A stretch of DNA of 64,000 nt from a virus: positions 1 to 64,000 of the IMG/VR virus record IMGVR_UViG_3300033273_000392; one strand, given 5' to 3'. The notes below the pieces were generated by a model. It worked only from the letters and a program-made list of their open reading frames with translations, made no database searches and was not told the origin of the DNA. Made by a program: the position numbers and the translations under genes. This document shows positions 57,510-64,000 of this stretch, piece after piece (within the stretch, counting starts at the first letter, position 1; each line of letters opens with the position of its first letter).

Positions 57510-60500
57510 TTACTTCTTTATTTTTATCAACGGTCTTATAATATAGGAATATCCTAGACTCTTATTATATATCAATCTAAAGTTGATTGCGCTATTTGCA
57601 TGTTTTGTAATTGAGAATTCATCATCCTTTATAAACCCTCCGTTATCTATTAAGTCAATGCTATCCACAGACTCTATAGAAGATGCTTGATTCTTTCTTT
57701 TAGAAACAAACAGTTCAATATCATCTATGCTAAATACGGAAATTAAATTATTGTTTACGTATCTTTCAACATCATCTTCAATTGTCGTCTTATCGTTTTC
57801 AGAGAACTCAGGTAAAACATACTTAGATATTTCATTAAGCACTCCTGTTTTAGAGAACTTATCTACAATAGAATCAGAAACATAAAAGTCTATCATAATT
57901 CTATCTTCAGTCTCAAGAAATACTACTGGACTTTCATTATTTCTATTCCTCAATATAGACTCAAGTTCACCCTGATCGCCTGCAGTTTGATACTCAAAGT
58001 CAAAAATAGAGTATGAGTCACTAAGCTTCATAATAGTGCTAGAAAGATAAGATCTTGTCTCTTTAGTAGATAAAGTACCTGGAACGCTAGTAGAATCACC
58101 TCCAGCTGCAGATCTAACATAGTAGTCATTTTCCCATGAAGATCTTAAAACATTAACGTCCTTCTTATCAATTGCGATTTCTCCAATCAAAGGATATACT
58201 GGTAAGAACTCACTAGACTCACTCAGTTTAGTTACACCAGTTGGGTTATCTTCATTTACCTTATGGTAAAAATGATTTTTAATTATAGCCCAGTTTAAAT
58301 CATGCTCTCCTGAGATAAAGCCTACATTAAATGCAATTCCAGCCCTATTATACTTTTTGTAATATGCGATCGCTCTATCAATTTCAGCTTGATCTGATAT
58401 AGAATGCTTATACAGTCTATTTTTTAGGTCATTTTCAAACAAAAGAGCAAGTTGATTTAGATAGTTTCTTTCAATTTTATGATGATTGTAAACATCAGTA
58501 AAAGTCAAAACTGGGTTCATAGAAACAGTATAGTTACCAGAATGCCTAATAAGGAAAGGATAGTACGGATTTCTTTCAGAAATATTATATCCAATAGTTC
58601 CATTAAATAGGCTGTACGTACTTGGCTTATTAGTATCTTGTACTGAAATTATAGAAGATTCTTTTACAATTTCTTTACCATCTTCAAACGCGATAACAAA
58701 CCCACTTTCAATCTGGTTTCCATTCTTGTCAATTGTAGTATAGTTTATAAGAGGGCTTTTATTATTTATAAGATCTGCGACTCTACCAGCGCTAAGAGCT
58801 TTTAAGAAATTAGAGTGAGCATTCTTACCACCTTGCTTATATGTGTACTTAGCAGAAAGCTGTGTTGAATATGGGATATACGTTGGATCTAATGCAACTC
58901 CATCTGCTGTTTTTGGTGCACCATCTATTACTAGAGTATCAAAAGTCTTTATGTTTTTTACAGTAACATAGTACGGTATAGGATTACCATCTTCGTCCTC
59001 AAACCCATAGTCTATTTCAATATCTCCATATAAATTATCATTTAAAACTGCTAGCTGTAAATCTAATGAAGGAACGCTTCCGTTAACATGCGTTACCGCT
59101 GGAATTTCGTAAGGACCTGGAGCATTAAAGTTAATTCCACTAAAAATAAGAGCCCCGGATATCTCAATATCATCATATCCAAATGAATCTCCATCTATGG
59201 CTAACTTATTTGTCAAAGTGTAAAGTAACCTTCTATTAATCTTACCGTCAACATATCTTTCATTCAAGTCAACTTCAATGAAAAGGATTACAAATTTAAA
59301 TACGTCATTCTTTATGACGTCATACCGAATAGTATTAGATTCTGCATTAGTATTAAACTTGACAACAGTAGAAAACCTGTACCCATTAGCAGAAGAGTCT
59401 TGTATAAACTCGGTAGGTATTTCGTTTATAGATTCTTTTCTATGTTTTAACACGACTTTAATTCCATTAAAGAACGTACTTGCAAACGCAGAGTCACTAC
59501 CTTTCTTGAAAATAGAGTATTTCTTATCTAGTTGTGTCTTGGCAAACAACTTAAAGTCATCAAAGTCCTCTTCTAACTCACCAACGGAATTTAAGTTGTA
59601 TCCTTCTCCAACTAGATATATGTTAAAATAGTCATGTTCAGTTGACATGAACAAATTCTTTTCTAGCTTAGTATCACCAATAAAGTTTACATAGCTGAAA
59701 GATTTATTTACATTAAGATATGTAAAGTAATCTGGTAAGTCGGAAATGTAGAACCATTCATGTGAAAATCCCTTTGGATCTCTTTCGCGTACTTCGAGAT
59801 CAGGTGCAAAATTAGTTCTACCAAACGCTTCGTTTACATTTAAGTAATATGGATTATTTCTAACCGTCTTCGCTCCTTCTAAAACAAACTTATTAATAGA
59901 AGGTACGACCCTAGAATTAGTAGTTAATTCATTTACAAAGTTTTCATTTAGCCTATCAAACTCTGATTTTATCATAGTAGCCTCTTGTGAATCGGGCGTT
60001 TCTTGATTTAATACAGGTAGCAGATTAGCAAATAATGCACTAGAGTCTTTGAAGTAATCTTCGTTTAACAACTCTGTTCCCAGTAAAGTTTCATCTCCAG
60101 CTGGGGCATATGCTGTGTTTTCAATAGTTTCTAAACTTAGTTCTTTTAAATCTGAATTTGATTCATCGTAAAAATCAAAGTCCATATCATAAAAGTCGTA
60201 GCATGAGAAAAGTCCCATTTCACATCTAAAGTTAGAGTACACCTTGTATACTCCTTCAGATATTTCTATGTTTCTATCGAAGATAACAATTTTATAGTCT
60301 CCGGTAAGGTCATTAATATCATCCACAATGTCTAAAACAGCAGCATATGTTTTACCTCCTTTAGCCTGTATTAAGTCACCGACGCCAATAGCACCTAAAG
60401 AGTCAATGCTAATTTTAGCAGATCTCATATTCCTATATCCACCCCTTAGCGTAAATACACCGTTTTCATATGCCTGTAAAGCTAAATCAGAAAGTTCAAG

Positions 60501-63500
60501 TTCGTTACTTGAATCTATACTAGAGTCTTCAATCGTAACAAAGCTAGCTGTATTATCTGACCTTAACAACACAGCTGAGTTCATAAGCTTATAACCAGGG
60601 AACTTTGAAATAACATATACTTCATTTCCATTCGTTATAGCTCTAAACTTATCAATGTTATTAATGCACGCAGCAATAGCTCCGGCGATTTGACCATTAG
60701 TTCCATTAGAAGAGAAATACGTACCGCTTATTCTACCAGCAGAGAGACTAGATGTTGCAACTAAAGTATCTTCTAAAATATTTACAGAACTGTAGATGTT
60801 TTCTACTTTAACAACACTAGAAGGATTGTTATTAGTAATAGTTACTAGTATATCAGATAAGCCTGCTTTCTTTTCTTTGATAACACATGTAGTAATAAAC
60901 TCTCCTTGCTCGTTTTTAATAATATCGATTTCAGCTTCTAAGAAATCACTAAATTGTTGATTTTGATTTAGACTATTAACTAGCTCTTCTAAACCAGATT
61001 CTACATCTGATGAAGAATCCCAAGATTGAGAAAATGGAGATTCAAGACCTACAAAATTTATAGTGTTTGCATTCTCGTTAGCAATATGGTTTATATAGCT
61101 TACCCTATGTGCAACTTTTTTAACTTCAGTAATTATAACCTGATCTGAGTCTCCTGGAGTTTCTTCAACTGTAAGTTTTAAGAAATCAAAGCCGTCTCCT
61201 ACATTAGTAGACAGCGCAACGCTTCTTCCTGTATCAGTAATACCCCTTAGGTCTTCAATCTGTATATGCGGATTGGCAATTTTAACATCAAATGCATTAG
61301 TATCATAGTATGCTCCGTTAGGTATGTTAATATAACCTTGTTTAGTAGTTACATATCCTAGTGCAGGTGCATTCTTAAACAACTTGTAGTCTGGTATTGC
61401 AAAGGTTTCATCGCTAGAATCCATGTATGACTCTAATTTAGAAAACTTAATTATACCTCTATTTACATTATCGACTTCACCCATACCAGAAGGTATAGCA
61501 TCTGCATAAATACCAATATAACGATTAACTGTAAACTCTTCAGCGCTAGAATCGTCAAACATAAATTCAAGATTCATTAAGTTTGCCGAAACAAGTCCGT
61601 TTCTTCTAAACCCGTCAGTAATAAAATCATTTGATTCTATTAGAGTCTTATCAGAATATACAAAGTCCTTATAGATGAACTCCCCCTTTCTAGCAAAGCC
61701 ACCTCTAGCTATATCGATACCATTGTAAAAAGTCTGTTCGTTTTTTTCAAAAGAAACAGATATACAATCGCTTGGGAAATTTGTATCGTTTACATGGCTT
61801 CTTATGTAGGAACCCAAGTTTGAGTTATCAGACAGGTCGAACGTCTTAATAAGGGTTGAATTCTTAAGAAGCAGATCTACTCTAGATAGTTTGTCTTCAT
61901 TAGAATCGGTAAGTTGAACCGAAGGTACGGGTCCATCTATTCTGTAAACCAGGAATAATTTAGGAACGTTAGTATCTAACCAAATAGGAGCAAACAACCT
62001 GAAGCTTTCATTATATCTCTTTGAAGAATTAATCTTAGCGCCATATTGATATTCATCCTCGAATTGCTTTGCATAATCACTTAACGCTGAGAAATCAGAT
62101 GAATCTCTTTTTACCGAGTAAGTCATCTCATACGGCGTCTTATTATCATTATAGAATCTAGAAATATCGTAAGAATAAGATCCGCTGGGGCTTACAGAAA
62201 AAGCTTTATATTTTGAATCTGCTAAATCTTTAGTAGCACTAATTGTTTCTAAGTAAATGTTATCACTAGAATCTACGACTAACTTTATGTTTGAAGATAG
62301 TTTAGGATTTGTTCTTAATAGGGGTTTAGATAAGTTTTCTAGTTTATAGTTCTTTTCTAAATCAAGTCTAGGCCTTAAAACATCTTCCTCTACGCCTACT
62401 TCTTCAAGAAAGTTAAATTCACGTAGTTCCTTAGGATCTGAATTAATTAACTCATAACATGGAAGAGTTCCCCATAACACAGTAGAAACACCAACTAGTC
62501 CTAAATCAGATGCTTCTGCAAATAGAATATCGTTATAATCGTATCCAACCTGAACAAGTAATTCTCTTGCAGAAGAAGGATTTGTCGCAACTAGTGTATG
62601 AATATATGTTTTTGCGCTATTAATAATCAGAGGTTCTGGTGACCACGGTTCAGAATCTACTGTATAAAAAGTAGATCCAATTCCTATTTCGGAAGTAAAT
62701 TCATATAGTTCTCCTCTGTCAGCTACTGGAGTTGAGCTAGTATGGTTTCCATAGACTATGTAAATTCTTTGACTGCCTGATATATCAGCACATGACATAA
62801 ACGCGTAAAACACTGCATTACCAGTACCATCTGCTAGAACAGGAGCATTGGACGTTGGAAGTTCGAAAACTTCATGAACAATAGGACCGGATACATTTTG
62901 ATCTGTAATATCTCCATCTGCATTTACGCCAATGTATACTGTTTCTTCTTCGCCGTAAGTTGCTATATAGTGAGTATCGTTATCTACGCCAATTGCTATA
63001 TTTTCAGTAATAGAAAATAATGCACTAGGAAGTACCGGGTGTGGATAATATATAGTAAGTCCATATTTTGCAATTTCGTCTAGTGTCCAGTTAGGTAAAC
63101 CCAAATGCTTCTGATATCTAAAAACCTGGACATCTTTATATCTAATTCGGTATTCATTAGCATCATCATATAAATCTTGTGGAAGTGTAGATACTTCAGG
63201 AGCAACTACCTTATATTGAACTTCAACAGTTCCATACCAACTTGCAGGAATAATGTAAACGTTTATCTCATAAGGATAGTTAAATTCTAAGCCTGCCTTT
63301 CTATCTCCTCTTGCTCTCCATGCTGCACCATCTTCTAAATAATCGGTATTAAACTCCCAGTATATACCTTCTCTATCAGTAAGAAATCCAGAAGCTAAAT
63401 CACTATTAATAGAGTACTCGGCGCCTACAGATGTAGTGTATATTGGTATTTGTCTTTGCGCAATTTCATAGATGGTAAGATCTTCGTCTACTTCATTTGC

Positions 63501-64000
63501 ATAAAATATAGTATAGCTAGGCGCTGGAGACCCTGGTGTAAAATAGAGCTGTATTTCAACATGATCTAGACCCCTGTAAAGGGTGTTTGACTTAATAAAC
63601 AAGCCGCTTTGTGAATCACAATTAAACGTGTTGTAAATTCCTTGTGAAAAAGAAGCCGTTTGAATATTTATAAGAAGATCTAAAATATTAGCAGTAGATC
63701 CAATAACTAAATCATAATTAGGATTTATACCTTTCCATAAAAAGCCCGGTGAATTTGTAGTAAAATCAAATATAAACTTTTGATATGGATTCGAACCATA
63801 CGCTGCATACTCAGCTCTAGTAAGCTCCCAATACTCTGGAATAACATTTGAAGGAAGGTCAATCTGACTAACAAATATTTCTTCCTGTGCAACAGCCAAT
63901 TCCTCAATAGACGTATATTCCCCAGACGATGGTATTATATAGTAAACTCTAATATTAGAATCGATATTTCCACAATACCCCTGTAATGTAGGCCCATCTT
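57510..64000 (-). CDS. Very large virion (baseplate/tail-associated) protein, 5' end outside the window
   Basis: More than 2129 aa. The frame stays open from the track's TTG at 63899 to the window end, so the true start is upstream. Confidence 0.7.
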   Translation of the reverse strand, partial: DGPTLQGYCGNIDSNIRVYYIIPSSGEYTSIEELAVAQEEIFVSQIDLPSNVIPEYWELTRAEYAAYGSNPYQKFIFDFTTNSPGFLWKGINPNYDLVIGSTANILDLLINIQTASFSQGIYNTFNCDSQSGLFIKSNTLYRGLDHVEIQLYFTPGSPAPSYTIFYANEVDEDLTIYEIAQRQIPIYTTSVGAEYSINSDLASGFLTDREGIYWEFNTDYLEDGAAWRARGDRKAGLEFNYPYEINVYIIPASWYGTVEVQYKVVAPEVSTLPQDLYDDANEYRIRYKDVQVFRYQKHLGLPNWTLDEIAKYGLTIYYPHPVLPSALFSITENIAIGVDNDTHYIATYGEEETVYIGVNADGDITDQNVSGPIVHEVFELPTSNAPVLADGTGNAVFYAFMSCADISGSQRIYIVYGNHTSSTPVADRGELYEFTSEIGIGSTFYTVDSEPWSPEPLIINSAKTYIHTLVATNPSSARELLVQVGYDYNDILFAEASDLGLVGVSTVLWGTLPCYELINSDPKELREFNFLEEVGVEEDVLRPRLDLEKNYKLENLSKPLLRTNPKLSSNIKLVVDSSDNIYLETISATKDLADSKYKAFSVSPSGSYSYDISRFYNDNKTPYEMTYSVKRDSSDFSALSDYAKQFEDEYQYGAKINSSKRYNESFRLFAPIWLDTNVPKLFLVYRIDGPVPSVQLTDSNEDKLSRVDLLLKNSTLIKTFDLSDNSNLGSYIRSHVNDTNFPSDCISVSFEKNEQTFYNGIDIARGGFARKGEFIYKDFVYSDKTLIESNDFITDGFRRNGLVSANLMNLEFMFDDSSAEEFTVNRYIGIYADAIPSGMGEVDNVNRGIIKFSKLESYMDSSDETFAIPDYKLFKNAPALGYVTTKQGYINIPNGAYYDTNAFDVKIANPHIQIEDLRGITDTGRSVALSTNVGDGFDFLKLTVEETPGDSDQVIITEVKKVAHRVSYINHIANENANTINFVGLESPFSQSWDSSSDVESGLEELVNSLNQNQQFSDFLEAEIDIIKNEQGEFITTCVIKEKKAGLSDILVTITNNNPSSVVKVENIYSSVNILEDTLVATSSLSAGRISGTYFSSNGTNGQIAGAIAACINNIDKFRAITNGNEVYVISKFPGYKLMNSAVLLRSDNTASFVTIEDSSIDSSNELELSDLALQAYENGVFTLRGGYRNMRSAKISIDSLGAIGVGDLIQAKGGKTYAAVLDIVDDINDLTGDYKIVIFDRNIEISEGVYKVYSNFRCEMGLFSCYDFYDMDFDFYDESNSDLKELSLETIENTAYAPAGDETLLGTELLNEDYFKDSSALFANLLPVLNQETPDSQEATMIKSEFDRLNENFVNELTTNSRVVPSINKFVLEGAKTVRNNPYYLNVNEAFGRTNFAPDLEVRERDPKGFSHEWFYISDLPDYFTYLNVNKSFSYVNFIGDTKLEKNLFMSTEHDYFNIYLVGEGYNLNSVGELEEDFDDFKLFAKTQLDKKYSIFKKGSDSAFASTFFNGIKVVLKHRKESINEIPTEFIQDSSANGYRFSTVVKFNTNAESNTIRYDVIKNDVFKFVILFIEVDLNERYVDGKINRRLLYTLTNKLAIDGDSFGYDDIEISGALIFSGINFNAPGPYEIPAVTHVNGSVPSLDLQLAVLNDNLYGDIEIDYGFEDEDGNPIPYYVTVKNIKTFDTLVIDGAPKTADGVALDPTYIPYSTQLSAKYTYKQGGKNAHSNFLKALSAGRVADLINNKSPLINYTTIDKNGNQIESGFVIAFEDGKEIVKESSIISVQDTNKPSTYSLFNGTIGYNISERNPYYPFLIRHSGNYTVSMNPVLTFTDVYNHHKIERNYLNQLALLFENDLKNRLYKHSISDQAEIDRAIAYYKKYNRAGIAFNVGFISGEHDLNWAIIKNHFYHKVNEDNPTGVTKLSESSEFLPVYPLIGEIAIDKKDVNVLRSSWENDYYVRSAAGGDSTSVPGTLSTKETRSYLSSTIMKLSDSYSIFDFEYQTAGDQGELESILRNRNNESPVVFLETEDRIMIDFYVSDSIVDKFSKTGVLNEISKYVLPEFSENDKTTIEDDVERYVNNNLISVFSIDDIELFVSKRKNQASSIESVDSIDLIDNGGFIKDDEFSITKHANSAINFRLIYNKSLGYSYIIRPLIKIKK

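Noticed and set aside
296-60594. Many short plus-strand ORFs in the track (e.g. 41988-42734, 8448-9011, 53006-53419)
   Set aside because: They are antisense shadows of strong minus-strand genes, Ser/Leu-rich, with no motifs.
63897-63899. TTG start of the 2129-aa ORF
   Set aside because: The frame is open to the window edge, so the real start lies outside.
1-64000. Stop-codon reassignment
   Set aside because: Core genes are full length in the standard code, and TAA, TGA and TAG all end genes.
1-64000. tRNA or rRNA genes
   Set aside because: Intergenic gaps are short and none shows a cloverleaf or T-loop pattern by eye; tRNAscan was not run.

Overview
This 64 kb window is the core region of a large lytic T4-like (myovirus, probably jumbo) phage. 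It is AT-rich, densely coded in the standard genetic code, and almost all on the minus strand. It contains head, packaging, neck and tail genes (sheath fragment, terminase, neck, major capsid, fused protease-scaffold, portal, gp2/gp4/gp15-like, late sigma gp55), a T4-type replisome and recombination set, and class Ia RNR. The family-B polymerase is split into two genes 4.5 kb apart. A Bacteroidota host is inferred from the A-rich leaders without Shine-Dalgarno sites, a Bacteroidota-like outer-membrane beta-barrel and a TAnnTTTG-like promoter. Most notable are: (i) a five-gene candidate DNA base-hypermodification operon (DUF6378-like, SGNH-fold, aGPT-pyrophosphorylase-like, fold-II PLP enzyme, all-alpha dNTPase); (ii) a family of proteins with a T4-like capsid-targeting motif, including two ligase-fold nucleotidyltransferases, one fused to an HxGH nucleotidyltransferase; (iii) two promoter classes readable from the sequence, GATATATAR (late) and AAAC-N13/15-(A/C)GTATA (middle-like); (iv) accessory genes (cysteine synthase, GT2 glycosyltransferase, OMP). 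All assignments come from reading motifs by eye; no searches were run.
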